Below are positions 14,583 through 24,374 of a stretch of DNA of 32,000 nt, piece by piece. A model generated the notes under the pieces. The model was not told where the DNA came from and did not search any database. It was given only the letters and a program-made list of their open reading frames with translations. A program made the translations under genes and the position numbers. The stretch is from Alkanindiges illinoisensis DSM 15370. Lineage in GTDB: Bacteria > Pseudomonadota > Gammaproteobacteria > Pseudomonadales > Moraxellaceae. How positions within the stretch are numbered: the first letter of the stretch is position 1; every line of letters starts with the position of its first letter. The stretch covers positions 400,064-432,063 of the forward strand of contig NZ_JHUX01000003.1 of the NCBI RefSeq assembly GCF_000619845.1, read 5' to 3'.

Positions 14583-14756
14583 AATAAAGTGTTAAAACAG
14601 ATGCCAAGTCAGGGTTTAAAAAACAGTGGATGGATGCAAGAAATAGATTAAAAAAGATCAGTGAATCGCTACTTGGTGCCTTAAACGTATAAATAGTCCA
14701 CCGCTCAGGCTGATCGCCTTAAACTCTTTGGCCAGTTGACGGCCAAAGTGGGATCT

Positions 14757-16271
14757 ATGAATAAATCAACCAACTCTGAAGGGCTAGAATTTCCTGGCGC
14801 TGCTTCATCCAGTAAACCCAGCACCACACCCGCTGCAAAACATATTATTCAGTCTGCTTTAGCAGCAGTCCCATCACCTGCGGCTAATAATGTTAAACAT
14901 GAAAAAAACTGGCGCAAGCATTATCCGATTTATTTCCGCGCCCTGGTTGAGGCAGGCATTGCCTCAGTGGATCACCCTGTAAAGATTGCCCGGGCTGGAC
15001 TTTCCGCCGCGCAGCAATTATTTATATTTAACCGGGGAACCCAGCAGCTCCCACTTGTAGATGCCATGAATCATTATCAGGAGCAGCCATTTGAATCCTT
15101 TACCCTTAAAGGCAATGGAAGTGCCGAGGTTGAACCCTGGACGGTACCTTATCATGGCCAGCAATTACAGGGACAGGCATTATTAAACCAGATTGAGCGT
15201 TGGGAACAAGAGCACATTATTGAACCCAGTCATGCTAAGGCGCTGCGTGCCGTACAGGCGCATCCCGAATGGTTTGACTTATCCGACCGCACCGTCGTGT
15301 TGTTTGGTGCAGGTTCGGAGGCTGGCCCACTAACCTGGTTATCAAAATGGCGCGCCAATATTGTGGCGGTTGATTTACCCAGTCCAGCGATCTGGGAGAA
15401 GATTACCGGGATTGTGGCTAAGGGTAATGCAACCCTGATTGCCCCGCAGCAAACTGGCAGTGATGGCAAAATGCAGCTGGGCGCAAACCTATTAACCCAG
15501 ACTCCGGAAATTGCCAACTGGCTTAATACATTTACCCAGTCCTTAGACCTTGCCGGGATTGCCTATCTGGATGGTGAAAAACATGTTCGGGTATCCATGG
15601 CGATGATTGCTATTATGGATAAGGTCAGCCAGGCCAAGCCGGATAGCAGTATTATGTTTATGCTGACGCCAACTGATATTTACGCTATTCCCAAGCAGGT
15701 TGTGCAAAGCAGCTTGATGATTCGCAAACGACGTAAGCAGGTTGAAAAGCTATTAACCCATGCCATAAAAAAGCTCTCTTTATCGCATTTCTTTACGCCC
15801 ATCAATGGAACCTTGTTGCCATCAGACAATGGACAGCAGTATGGCATTTCTGACTGTATGGTGATTGAGCAGGGACCTAACTATGCACTGGCCAAACGCT
15901 TACAGCAATGGTATGCACTATTGGCCCATAGCCGGGGACAGCGGGTAGCCATTAATATTGCACCTTCCACCACCACGCTATCTGTGGTGAAAAACCCATT
16001 GCTAAAGGCAGCTTTTGCTGGCGCTGATCTGTTCAAGGTTGAAACTTTTAATCCTGAAACCACCAATGCCATTATGGCAGCGCTCTGGGTGCATGATCTA
16101 CACAATCCGGACAGTGCGGCTAATCCGCAAAAGCCGCTAAATCATCCTTTGGAACTCATCATGGAAGGCGCAAACCATGGGGGGCTGTGGCATGTGGCAT
16201 ACCTTGCCCGAACGGCACTGCCATTTGCTGCGGTTTATGGCTGGGGCAAGCAAAAGTTAAAGTTGGTTTAG
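14757..16271 (+). CDS. Uncharacterised protein with a central Rossmann-type dinucleotide-binding motif
   Basis: This is a long ORF with protein-like composition. VVLFGAGSEAGPLTWLSKWRANIVAVDL (nt ~15297-15380) is a beta-alpha-beta GxGxxxG motif ending in an acidic residue. The N-terminus is a low-complexity S/T/P/A tract. I recognise no family. The start is either ATG 14757 or TTG 14736. Confidence 0.6.
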   Translation: MNKSTNSEGLEFPGAASSSKPSTTPAAKHIIQSALAAVPSPAANNVKHEKNWRKHYPIYFRALVEAGIASVDHPVKIARAGLSAAQQLFIFNRGTQQLPLVDAMNHYQEQPFESFTLKGNGSAEVEPWTVPYHGQQLQGQALLNQIERWEQEHIIEPSHAKALRAVQAHPEWFDLSDRTVVLFGAGSEAGPLTWLSKWRANIVAVDLPSPAIWEKITGIVAKGNATLIAPQQTGSDGKMQLGANLLTQTPEIANWLNTFTQSLDLAGIAYLDGEKHVRVSMAMIAIMDKVSQAKPDSSIMFMLTPTDIYAIPKQVVQSSLMIRKRRKQVEKLLTHAIKKLSLSHFFTPINGTLLPSDNGQQYGISDCMVIEQGPNYALAKRLQQWYALLAHSRGQRVAINIAPSTTTLSVVKNPLLKAAFAGADLFKVETFNPETTNAIMAALWVHDLHNPDSAANPQKPLNHPLELIMEGANHGGLWHVAYLARTALPFAAVYGWGKQKLKLV

Positions 16272-16404
16272 CCTTTATTGATCCATAACTATTGCCACGA
16301 GTGGTAAAAGACGCTGAAGCGGCCTTTGACAAGGCACTGGCTAGCAGTAAAACGTAACTCAGAGGAGACAGTAGGAATATCATGGTATACCGGTTAAAGC
16401 TGAA

Positions 16405-16770
16405 TCATAAGGCCGGCTGATGGTTCAGCGCAAACTGCCGGCGCGCTTCTTCAATCTGGCCATGATGCGCTTCGACCCAAAGCCAGACCCCACAGAAAGC
16501 GCTGCCCAAACTCTTACCAAGTGGGGTTAGGCTGTACTCGACACAGGGTGGTACAACCGGATGTACTACCCGACTGACCAGGCCATCACTTTCCATTTGA
16601 CGCAAAGTTTTAGTCAGCATTTTCTGACTAATTCCCTTAACTTGTTTACCAAGCTGGGTGAACCTCAGGATATGCGCCTCTTCTAATGCTTCTAGAATCA
16701 GCATTGTCCATTTATCGGCAACGCGGCCAATAATCTCATGCACCAGTTTTTCTACCGCCGGGTTAGTCAT
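16405..16770 (-). CDS. HxlR-family (MarR-like wHTH) transcriptional regulator
   Basis: VADKWTMLILEALEEAHILRFTQLGKQVKGISQKMLTKTLRQMESDGLVSRVVHPVVPPCVEYSLTPLGKSL is the HxlR signature region. The ATG at 16770 is preceded by AGGAGA. The upstream part of the listed ORF is therefore probably untranslated. Confidence 0.85.
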   Translation of the reverse strand: MTNPAVEKLVHEIIGRVADKWTMLILEALEEAHILRFTQLGKQVKGISQKMLTKTLRQMESDGLVSRVVHPVVPPCVEYSLTPLGKSLGSAFCGVWLWVEAHHGQIEEARRQFALNHQPAL

Positions 16771-16847
16771 GGCTGGTGTCTCCTGCCGGATTTGTAGCGT
16801 CTGTTTATCATCTTGCACTTGAATGGTTATCACTCTCTTTTAGGGAG

Positions 16848-16870
16848 GTATGGCACTTTTGGGTGCCTAC
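16848..16870. promoter_or_regulatory. Imperfect inverted repeat in the hxlR/SDR divergent region (operator candidate)
   Basis: GTATGGCAC-TTTTGG-GTGCCTAC. The arms are complementary except for one extra T. Confidence 0.25.
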
Positions 16871-16927
16871 TTTCTAATCTATTGTGAGTATTTTATGATA
16901 GAAGTACAATCTGAGCGGAGCGAATAA

Positions 16928-17689
16928 ATGAAACTAACTGGCAATACGATTTTAATTACGGGTGGTGGTTCGGGCATTGGCAAGGCTCTAGCAAAAGCTT
17001 TTTATGATAAGGGTAACAAGGTCATTATTGCAGGACGTCAGGCTGACAAACTCGAAGCGGTTGCATCAGCCTTTCCCGGTATGACCTTCATGACGGTTGA
17101 TATGACCAGTCTGGCGTCAATTACCGCATTCTCTGAAAAAATCATTGCTGAACATCCTGATTTAAATGTGATTATCAACAACGCTGGTATTATGATTCCA
17201 GAAGATTTGCTCACAGCACCTGCCAATCTGGAAATTGCCGAACGCACAGTTTTAACCAATCTGTTGGGGCCAATTCGCCTGACCTCAAGCTTGTTACCAC
17301 ATTTGATGCACCAGAAGTCTTCAACCATTATGATGGTGACTTCAGGACTGGCCTTTGTTCCTCTGGTAATGACACCAACTTATAATGCAACCAAGGCGGC
17401 ACTTCATTCGTACAGTATTGCACTGCGTCAGCAGCTCAAAGACACATCGACTGAAGTGATTGAAATTATCCCGCCCTATGTGCAAACAGAGCTGATGGGT
17501 ACCCAGCAAGCCAGTGATCCTCATGCCATGCCACTTGCGGATTTTATTGATGAGGTGATGCTGCTGCTTGAAAAAAATAATGGTACGGCAGAGATTGTAG
17601 TAGAACGTTGCAAACCCCTTCGCTATGCGGCTGAAACCCATACCTTTGGGCAGACATTTACTATGCTTAATCAACAACATTCACAGTAG
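16928..17689 (+). CDS. Short-chain dehydrogenase/reductase (classical SDR)
   Basis: It has TGGGSGIGKALA (TGxxxGxG), NNAG and the catalytic YNATK. It is divergent from the HxlR regulator, which is a common pairing. Confidence 0.9.
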   Translation: MKLTGNTILITGGGSGIGKALAKAFYDKGNKVIIAGRQADKLEAVASAFPGMTFMTVDMTSLASITAFSEKIIAEHPDLNVIINNAGIMIPEDLLTAPANLEIAERTVLTNLLGPIRLTSSLLPHLMHQKSSTIMMVTSGLAFVPLVMTPTYNATKAALHSYSIALRQQLKDTSTEVIEIIPPYVQTELMGTQQASDPHAMPLADFIDEVMLLLEKNNGTAEIVVERCKPLRYAAETHTFGQTFTMLNQQHSQ

Positions 17690-17735
17690 GATTTTTTTGA
17701 ACTAACGTAATCACTAAAGAGCAGTGACCTAATAG

Positions 17736-17971
17736 CTTACCAGGCCTAATCATGTGGACACCGCAAGGTTATACGCAAAGAGCTCAACTGAAAAAATTAT
17801 ACAGGTAATTATTCAGGAATCGATCGATTCCTATCCGGGTAATTGTCCCTGTTCTGATAATAGTACCTATAACGGCAGTCGCTGTGGTGACCACAGTGCC
17901 TAGAGCCGGGCAGGCCGCTATTCACCGATCTGTTATCCCAGCGAAGTCACCAGTGACATGATCAAGGGATG
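17736..17971 (+). pseudogene. Possible inactivated small Cys-rich protein gene (in-frame TAG, no usable start)
   Basis: The frame reads ...SYPGNCPCSDNSTYNGSRCGDHSA*SRAGRYSPICYPSEVTSDMIKG*. The pattern CPC...G.RCG..SA.SR.G...P.CY resembles a small conserved proteobacterial protein family as I recall it. The TAG is at 17901-17903. Confidence 0.3.
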
Positions 17972-18157
17972 AAAGAGCAGGCATTAATCAACATGCGTAT
18001 TACCACCGTCATTTTTTTATTCTGGGCCTGTTTCTCTTAATTCCTCTCACTGCTGCAACTCATAATTACCTGCCTTAGGAGCGCGAATTTGGAAAAGGAA
18101 CGATTGAACATGACGATTAGTCAATTCCACTATAGTGAGCAAATCACAATAATCCAG

Positions 18158-19597
18158 CTATTGAGCAGTAGATGTCGTACTTGGCGACGAGCCGCCAAGT
18201 ACCACAAAAAGTTGAGCAGTGTCTGAAAAACGCTGGCTCTGCGCTTCAATTAAACCCAGTTGTGCGCGGCTTAGCTGCCGGGCCGCATCTTCAATTTGCA
18301 GCAAACCGGTATTGCCAGCCTGATAACTTTTACGTGAAAGTTCAAGGGAAGCCCTTGCTGTACTTACGGCTTGCTGCTGGGCTGCTTCAGCGTCGGCATC
18401 ATGCTGTAGTGCTTGCAGCACATCCGCAACCTGTCCAAATGAATTGAGAATTACCTGTTTATACTGTGCCAGTGTGGCCTGATAGCCATGTTCGGCAGCC
18501 TGTTTTTGGGCAGAAAGCCTGCCTCCGTCGTAAAGTGGGGCAGTCAGGCCAGCAGCCAATGCCCAAGCCGTATTAACACTTTTAAATAAGCCACTGGGTG
18601 TCAGTGCTTCCTGTAATAAGTTGGCCGACAGGTTCACTCGTGGATAAAGATTGGCAGTTGCCACGCCCACTGCCGCACTGGCAGCCTGTAAATTAGCTTC
18701 TGCGGCCAAAATATCCGGCCGTTGCCGCACCAGTTCGGATGGCAAACTCACGGGTAATTCCTGTGGCAGCGTGAAGTCATTCAGGCTAAATACAGGAACT
18801 GTCGAGTTGGCCGGTGTACTGCCCGCCAGTACAGCCAGCGCATGTTGTGCCAGACTTAACTGCTGGTGTAACGGTGGAAGCAGCGCCAAATCAGCATCCA
18901 GCTGGCTTTGGGCTGTCAGTACTTCAACTTTTGTCCCCGAACCACCCTTAAACGCGGCTTCAACCAGCTTTAGGGTATTTTTATCTTCGGCAATAATGGT
19001 TTCAGTAACCTTGATTCTGGCCCGAGTGGTGGCAATGGACAATGCTTGTGCCACCACATTACCGGTGAGTTGTAGATAAGCAGCCTGCAACTGGTATTGC
19101 TGATAGGCAGCCATGGCCCGTTGCTGCTCAATACTGCGTTTATTACCGCCAAACAGATCCAGTGACCAGCTTAAGGCAGGTCCTATTTCATAGTAGGTAA
19201 AGGGCGGGATGGTAAAATCAGCCGGGCCAAACAGTGCTGCGCCATATTTTTGTCGGCCTGCTGTGCCGGTGAGCGACAATTGTGGCTTGAAGGCACCCTG
19301 TTCTGCCTGTACCAGCGCATTGGCTTGCAGGACGCGCTGCTGGGCTGCAACCAGATCCTGATTATTGGCAATGGCCTGCCTAATGAGGCTGTTAAGTGAA
19401 CTGGAGGCAAACAGGTTCCACCACTGGGCACTCAATTGCTTTCCCAAAACCACATGCTGGCCAGTAGCCTGTAACGGGATTTCATTGGGACTGGTATAGG
19501 TTGCAGGCACAGCTAATACAGGTGCCTGATAATCAGGACTGACCGCACAGCCAGTAAGCATTGCTAACCCAGCAATAAATGAACAGGACTTTTTCAT
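18158..19597 (-). CDS. Efflux outer-membrane factor lipoprotein, NodT/OprM family
   Basis: It has a lipobox (MKKSCSFIAGLAMLTG/C). Two OEP repeats are present, with a typical A/Q/L-rich coiled composition. It starts 2 nt after the emrB-like stop. Confidence 0.9.
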   Translation of the reverse strand: MKKSCSFIAGLAMLTGCAVSPDYQAPVLAVPATYTSPNEIPLQATGQHVVLGKQLSAQWWNLFASSSLNSLIRQAIANNQDLVAAQQRVLQANALVQAEQGAFKPQLSLTGTAGRQKYGAALFGPADFTIPPFTYYEIGPALSWSLDLFGGNKRSIEQQRAMAAYQQYQLQAAYLQLTGNVVAQALSIATTRARIKVTETIIAEDKNTLKLVEAAFKGGSGTKVEVLTAQSQLDADLALLPPLHQQLSLAQHALAVLAGSTPANSTVPVFSLNDFTLPQELPVSLPSELVRQRPDILAAEANLQAASAAVGVATANLYPRVNLSANLLQEALTPSGLFKSVNTAWALAAGLTAPLYDGGRLSAQKQAAEHGYQATLAQYKQVILNSFGQVADVLQALQHDADAEAAQQQAVSTARASLELSRKSYQAGNTGLLQIEDAARQLSRAQLGLIEAQSQRFSDTAQLFVVLGGSSPSTTSTAQ

Positions 19598-19599
19598 GG

Positions 19600-21207
19600 T
19601 TACTCCATCACTGCTGCGTGATCAGCACTGGGTGCCTGACTAGGACGTTTTAATAGGAACAATAGCGGTATGACCGCCAGCGTAATAACCATCATGAGTT
19701 TAAAATCATTGATATAGGCAATCATGGCAGCCTGGTTGGTAATCATGCCATCCAGCGTTGCCAATCCTGCCTGTGTGGTGGGCACAATGTGGCTGGCGTG
19801 ATAGGCCGGGTCAGACAGGTTATAGGGCGTAATATGTTCAGTCATGTGCGAATGCATGATCTGGGTATTCTGGGTCAACAGGGTTTGCACCACAGAAATG
19901 CCAATGGCACTGCCAATATTACGCAGTAAATTAAAAAATGCAGTGCCTTCATTGCGCAACGAAGACGGCAGGGTGCCAAAAGCCAGCGTTGACAGCGGCA
20001 CATACGATAACCCAATGCCAAAGCCCTGAATAATACCCGAGGTAATAATCAGCTCTTTATCCATCAGCAGGCTAAAATGCGTCATCTGCCAGAGTGAAAA
20101 TGCCGTTAACCCCAGACCAGTGGCCATGATATAGCGTGCATCAATTTTGCCGGTTAGCCTGCCTACCACCATCATGGCCAGCATGGTGCCAGCGCCACGG
20201 GGTGCCGTGACCAGCCCGGTTGTAATCACCGGATAACCCATTTGATGCTGGAGCAGGGGTGGAACCAGTGCCAGTGTGGCAAACAGCACCACACCAACCA
20301 GAAAAATAAATACATTGCCAGCCACAAAGTTGCGATCCTTAAACAGGGCCGGGCTTAAAAAAGGCCGTGGGTGAGTCAGGGTGTGCACAATAAACAAGTA
20401 AAACCCAATGACAGCCACCATGGCTTCGAGCATGATCTCAGAAGAGCCAAACCAGCCCTTAAGCTCACCACGATCCAGCATTAACTGTAGACCGGCAAGG
20501 CCAAGGCTTAAGGTAAAAAAACCGTAGAAATCAAATTTATTGGCGTGTTTCCGGGTTTCTGGCAGCGAGGCAGACAGACTTAAAAACGCCAGAATACCAA
20601 TCGGCACATTAATAAAAAATACCCAGCGCCAGCTGTAATCTTCGGTAAGCCAGCCACCTAGCATAGGACCTAGAATGGGACCCATGGTCACGCCAACGCC
20701 CCACAGCGCCATGGCCTTGCCAAAATCCTCAGGACGGTTGATGTCAAACAGCACGGCTTGCGACAAGGGAACCAGGGCAGCACCCGAAATGCCCTGCAAT
20801 AGCCGGAACAACACAATTTGCGGCAAGCTGGTGGCAAGCCCGCACAAGGCAGAAGCCAGCGTAAAGCCAATAATGGAAATCAGGAAAACTTTCTTGCGGC
20901 CAAAGCGACCAGCCAGCCAGCCTGTTAATGGAATCATGATGGCGGTGGCAATAATATAAGAGGTCAGCACCCAGCTCATCTGATCCTGCGTTGCAGACAA
21001 TGAACCCTGCATCTTGGGCAAGGCGACATTGGCAATGGTAGAATCAATGGCCTGCATAATGGTTGCTGCCATCACTGAAATGGTAATCAGGCCATGATTC
21101 AAACCGGCAGCCGGTATATTGTCCTGCGGTGGATGAGGGTCGGTTGACCCAACCCCGGCATCTTCAATGATCTCATCAATGGAGTCATGCGCGGAATGCT
21201 CAGCCAT
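19600..21207 (-). CDS. emrB: MFS drug efflux transporter, DHA2 (14-TMS) EmrB/QacA family
   Basis: It is 535 aa and hydrophobic. It has MFS motif A-like GWLAGRFGRKKVF and DHA2 motif C-like segments. It sits between an HlyD-type adaptor and an OMF. Confidence 0.9.
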   Translation of the reverse strand: MAEHSAHDSIDEIIEDAGVGSTDPHPPQDNIPAAGLNHGLITISVMAATIMQAIDSTIANVALPKMQGSLSATQDQMSWVLTSYIIATAIMIPLTGWLAGRFGRKKVFLISIIGFTLASALCGLATSLPQIVLFRLLQGISGAALVPLSQAVLFDINRPEDFGKAMALWGVGVTMGPILGPMLGGWLTEDYSWRWVFFINVPIGILAFLSLSASLPETRKHANKFDFYGFFTLSLGLAGLQLMLDRGELKGWFGSSEIMLEAMVAVIGFYLFIVHTLTHPRPFLSPALFKDRNFVAGNVFIFLVGVVLFATLALVPPLLQHQMGYPVITTGLVTAPRGAGTMLAMMVVGRLTGKIDARYIMATGLGLTAFSLWQMTHFSLLMDKELIITSGIIQGFGIGLSYVPLSTLAFGTLPSSLRNEGTAFFNLLRNIGSAIGISVVQTLLTQNTQIMHSHMTEHITPYNLSDPAYHASHIVPTTQAGLATLDGMITNQAAMIAYINDFKLMMVITLAVIPLLFLLKRPSQAPSADHAAVME

Positions 21208-22267
21208 GAGTCAAACCTTGCAGGCGGCTATAATGGGTGTCAATTTTCACATTAACACTAAGACCGGCATGTAATGGAATCCTAGGGTCTGGATCATCAA
21301 TGCTAATGCGCACCGGCAGCCGCTGAACCACTTTTACCCAGTTTCCTGTGGCATTTTCCGGCGGTAGCAGGGCAAAGCTTGAGCCGGTACCCGGACTAAA
21401 ACTCATGACCCGGCCATGAAAGACATGTCCCGGATAGGTATCGACTTCAAAGGTAGCTTGCTGATCAGGCAGCATGTGGGTCAGTTCGGTTTCCTTGAAA
21501 TTGGCCTGTACCCAGATATTTTTTGACATCACTGCAAATAGCGGAGTTGCCGCAGTAATGTAGTTGCCCACTTGTAACTGGTCGACCTTGGCCACAATTC
21601 CGTCAACAGGTGCTTTGACCACAGCATAGGATAAATTCAGCAAGGCACGGTCAAGCTCGGCCTGGGCCTGCTGTACGGATGGATGAGCATTTACAGTAAT
21701 ATCAGGATTGTTATTCAGGTTGGCCCGGGCATTGGCCAGTTCCTGATTGCTGGCATTGACCTGCTGTTCAGCATTTACAAACGCATGATGCGCCTGTTCC
21801 AGCTGCACTTGTGAGGAAATCCCTTGCGCCGCCAGATTTTTCTGGCGCTCAAATTCGGTCTTTAAATAAGCAACCGTTTGCTGGGCTGCCTGTACATCGC
21901 TTTGACGTTGACGGTAAGTGGCCTTCAGGGCACCAATTTGCATTTTCGCATTCGCCAGTTGGGCTCGGGCACTGTCTACAGCAATTTTTAACTCACGGTC
22001 ATCCAGCATAAATAAGGTGTCACCCTGATGAACCTGCTGGTTTTCATGAACCAGAATCCGGGTGACCCGTCCGCCGAGATTGCTGCTGATATCAGTGCGG
22101 GCTGATTGAATATAGGCATCATCCGTCGTCATGTAGCGGCCACCCTGAATAAACAGCACCGCGACTATCAGTAAAATCAGTACAGGGCCAGCAATCAGCA
22201 GCAGGCGTCGATGTCGCGTCAGCCAGTTTGGTTGGGAAGTGGTTGGATCTGTTACTGCCCCGGCCAT
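21200..22267 (-). CDS. emrA: HlyD/EmrA-family membrane fusion (periplasmic adaptor) protein
   Basis: It has a single N-terminal TM (LLLIAGPVLILLIVAVLFI), a coiled-coil hairpin and barrel-sandwich motifs. The stop overlaps the emrB start by 8 nt (ATGGCTGA). The start is ATG 22267, or GTG 22285 as an alternative. Confidence 0.88.
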   Translation of the reverse strand: MAGAVTDPTTSQPNWLTRHRRLLLIAGPVLILLIVAVLFIQGGRYMTTDDAYIQSARTDISSNLGGRVTRILVHENQQVHQGDTLFMLDDRELKIAVDSARAQLANAKMQIGALKATYRQRQSDVQAAQQTVAYLKTEFERQKNLAAQGISSQVQLEQAHHAFVNAEQQVNASNQELANARANLNNNPDITVNAHPSVQQAQAELDRALLNLSYAVVKAPVDGIVAKVDQLQVGNYITAATPLFAVMSKNIWVQANFKETELTHMLPDQQATFEVDTYPGHVFHGRVMSFSPGTGSSFALLPPENATGNWVKVVQRLPVRISIDDPDPRIPLHAGLSVNVKIDTHYSRLQGLTHG

Positions 22268-22371
22268 AAATACTCTCAAAGTCACCCATAAAAAGTGCGG
22301 GCATTATGCGACGGGAGGCTAATAATGTTAATATCCTATAATATGAATAAACTATTCGATGGAAGCGAATA

Positions 22372-23274
22372 ATGCGCGGAACAGAGTTTGCTGAATTAAG
22401 TGCCTTTATTGCGGTTGCAGAGCAGGGCAATTTTGCCAAAGCGGCCATTCAACTGGGAATTGTGCCATCAACCCTAAGCCAGACCATTCGCAATCTGGAG
22501 GAACGGCTAGGCGTGCGTTTGTTAAACCGCACTACCCGTAGCGTTGCCTTAACTGAAGCCGGGGAACGCCTGCTAAACCGTAGCCGACCCGCTTTTCTGG
22601 AATTACAGGAAGCGGTGGAGTCCATTGGCGACTTTCGCAATACCCCGACAGGAACCTTAAGGCTCAGCGTATCCAGTGTTCCTGCCCAGCTGGTGCTTGC
22701 GCCGCTCATCAAACAGTTCCTGATGGCCTATCCTGCCATTAGCCTTGAAATTATTATTGACAATACCGATAGCGATATTGTCAGCGGCCGCTTTGATGCA
22801 GGAATCCGCTACGGCATGCGTATTGAAAAAGACATGATGCGGGTGCTGGCCAGTCCGGCATCGCGATTGATTGTCATTGCTTCTCCAGACTATCTGCAAC
22901 GCCATGCTGCACCGCAGATACCACAGGACTTGCAAATGCACAACTGCATTCGCCTGCGCAAGTTTGACCAGAACCTGGTGCCGTGGCTGTTTGAAAAAGA
23001 CCAGAATGTACTTGAAGTGGCAGTAAATGGCTCGCTGATTGTCAATGATATCGACTTGCTTATTAAGGCGGTCAAAGATGGCATTGGAATTGGCTGCATG
23101 GTGGAAGCCTATGTGGCAGAAGAAATCAGGCAGGGAGTCCTTATTCCATTATTGCTGGACTGGTCAACGGCCACGCATAGTTATTATCTGTACTATGCCA
23201 ACCGGCATCAGCTACCTGTTCCCCTCAAAATTTTTATCCAGTTTTTACGCGCGCACTTAAAGAAGGTAAGTTAA
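22372..23274 (+). CDS. LysR-family transcriptional regulator, divergent from the efflux operon
   Basis: The N-terminal HTH is FAELSAFIAVAEQGNFAKAAIQLGIVPSTLSQTIRNLEERLGVRLLNRTTRSVALTEAGE. It is followed by a LysR substrate-binding domain. Confidence 0.9.
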   Translation: MRGTEFAELSAFIAVAEQGNFAKAAIQLGIVPSTLSQTIRNLEERLGVRLLNRTTRSVALTEAGERLLNRSRPAFLELQEAVESIGDFRNTPTGTLRLSVSSVPAQLVLAPLIKQFLMAYPAISLEIIIDNTDSDIVSGRFDAGIRYGMRIEKDMMRVLASPASRLIVIASPDYLQRHAAPQIPQDLQMHNCIRLRKFDQNLVPWLFEKDQNVLEVAVNGSLIVNDIDLLIKAVKDGIGIGCMVEAYVAEEIRQGVLIPLLLDWSTATHSYYLYYANRHQLPVPLKIFIQFLRAHLKKVS

Positions 23275-23301
23275 CTTGGGAAAGTAAAAGGAAACTTTTA
23301 A

Positions 23302-23601
23302 AGCTGGACTTTAGACTCATCAAAGTTAGGGCAGGCACGTATTGTCCTGAGCATGGTCAATAATACGACCAGTGCCGTAACATTTACCGTGCAAGCCAAT
23401 AATTACCGCAGTGATGGCCCGTGGACCTATACGTTGCCTGCGGGTACGACAGCAAGCGATTACTGGAATGCTGAACTGTATGGCAACTGCTGGTATGACC
23501 TGTTTGCCACAGCCAGTAGTGATAGTACATCTTTCCTGGAAGGCAAAGCCGATAACCTGAAGTATCTTATCCTAATGATAGATATAAGTTTATTGATATA
23601 A
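23302..23601 (+). pseudogene. 3' remnant of a phosphocholine-specific phospholipase C / acid phosphatase gene (C-terminal DUF756 repeat only)
   Basis: The open frame reads ...IVLSMVNNTTSAVTFTVQANNYRSDGPWTYTLPAGTTASDYWNAELYGNCWYDLFATASSDSTSF. This matches the DUF756 pattern (L.L.N.g...v.F.V..NaY......y.v.aG......W.....GWYDL.v......F). The expected RRFAGH..E tail is replaced by unrelated AT-rich sequence. About 640 aa of upstream gene are missing. Confidence 0.45.
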
Positions 23602-23878
23602 TCAGCAATGTGCTAGTGCATGTTGTATTTACCTAAGCATACTTAAAATGTACTGGCAATCCTTATCTCATGCTATGCCATCATGATTACAAGCCAGACA
23701 GGTCGTCCTACAGTGTAGTGGATTTCATGGACCGGTTAATAAGCACAAAATCAGGGTTTCATTTAAAAACCAACTTAATAGATTACTAATTAATCTTGTT
23801 AAAAAATTTAACCTAAGATTCCTATAATTTTTAATGATTTTTTTATGATGGATACTTGGTTTTCAGGAGAGAATAATA

Positions 23879-24145
23879 ATGATTATTGATTTGCTGGTAA
23901 GGGCAAACCCAAATGTCATGTTTTCCATTGATGGTGACCCTGCTTATCTGGAGGATGAGTTATATATCCAACAGATTACATCAGGTTATGAAAAGCTCTG
24001 GCAGGAACTCAAGCTCCCAAAATTCATGCATGTGGCCTTGAAGAAGACTTTTGAACATCCCACTAATATGGTTTATCTGTATGACCTGGAGCATAAATCT
24101 AAACTAGATGAAATTGGGTTTTATGAAATCGCTAAGGTGCATTAG
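23879..24145 (+). CDS. Hypothetical protein (orphan, 88 aa) in an AT-rich islet
   Basis: A strong SD (AGGAGA, 23865-23870) lies 8 nt before the ATG. I recognise no family. Confidence 0.4.
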   Translation: MIIDLLVRANPNVMFSIDGDPAYLEDELYIQQITSGYEKLWQELKLPKFMHVALKKTFEHPTNMVYLYDLEHKSKLDEIGFYEIAKVH

Positions 24146-24374
24146 TCGCAGGTGCAACCTGATCCGTTATGATATAGCTCATGAATGGAAAGACAGAGCC
24201 ATAACGGATTCTGCCAGAGAAACTATTTATGGTTTACTGAGTAGCATAACTGAGCTGGTGGATTATAAGCGTAGGGTTAAAAGTACCGATACTGGCTGGA
24301 ATCAGCAAACATTAACCAAACCAGATGCGCTGGTTAATGAATCTATTTTAGGAAGACTATTCTTTTTTTGGTAA
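24123..24374 (+). CDS. Hypothetical protein (orphan), overlapping the preceding ORF in the +1 frame
   Basis: The ORF is open from 24108, and the in-frame ATGs are at 24108 and 24123. It overlaps the upstream ORF by 23-38 nt. No SD is evident. It could instead be the distal part of one frameshifted gene. Confidence 0.3.
   Translation: MKSLRCISRRCNLIRYDIAHEWKDRAITDSARETIYGLLSSITELVDYKRRVKSTDTGWNQQTLTKPDALVNESILGRLFFFW

Noticed and set aside
18172-22448. Antisense ORFs within the efflux operon (18172-18447, 18651-19079, 18970-19431, 19844-20029, 20675-20959, 21811-22011, 22119-22448)
   Set aside because: These are shadows of long, motif-bearing genes in GC-richer DNA. Their products are Ala/Arg/Cys-rich and there are no start signals.
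24116-24122. G GGT TTT slippery heptamer in the overlap of the two orphan ORFs, as a programmed -1 frameshift site
   Set aside because: It is in register only for the downstream frame, whose -1 shift leads straight into the upstream ORF's stop codon. It cannot fuse the two ORFs.
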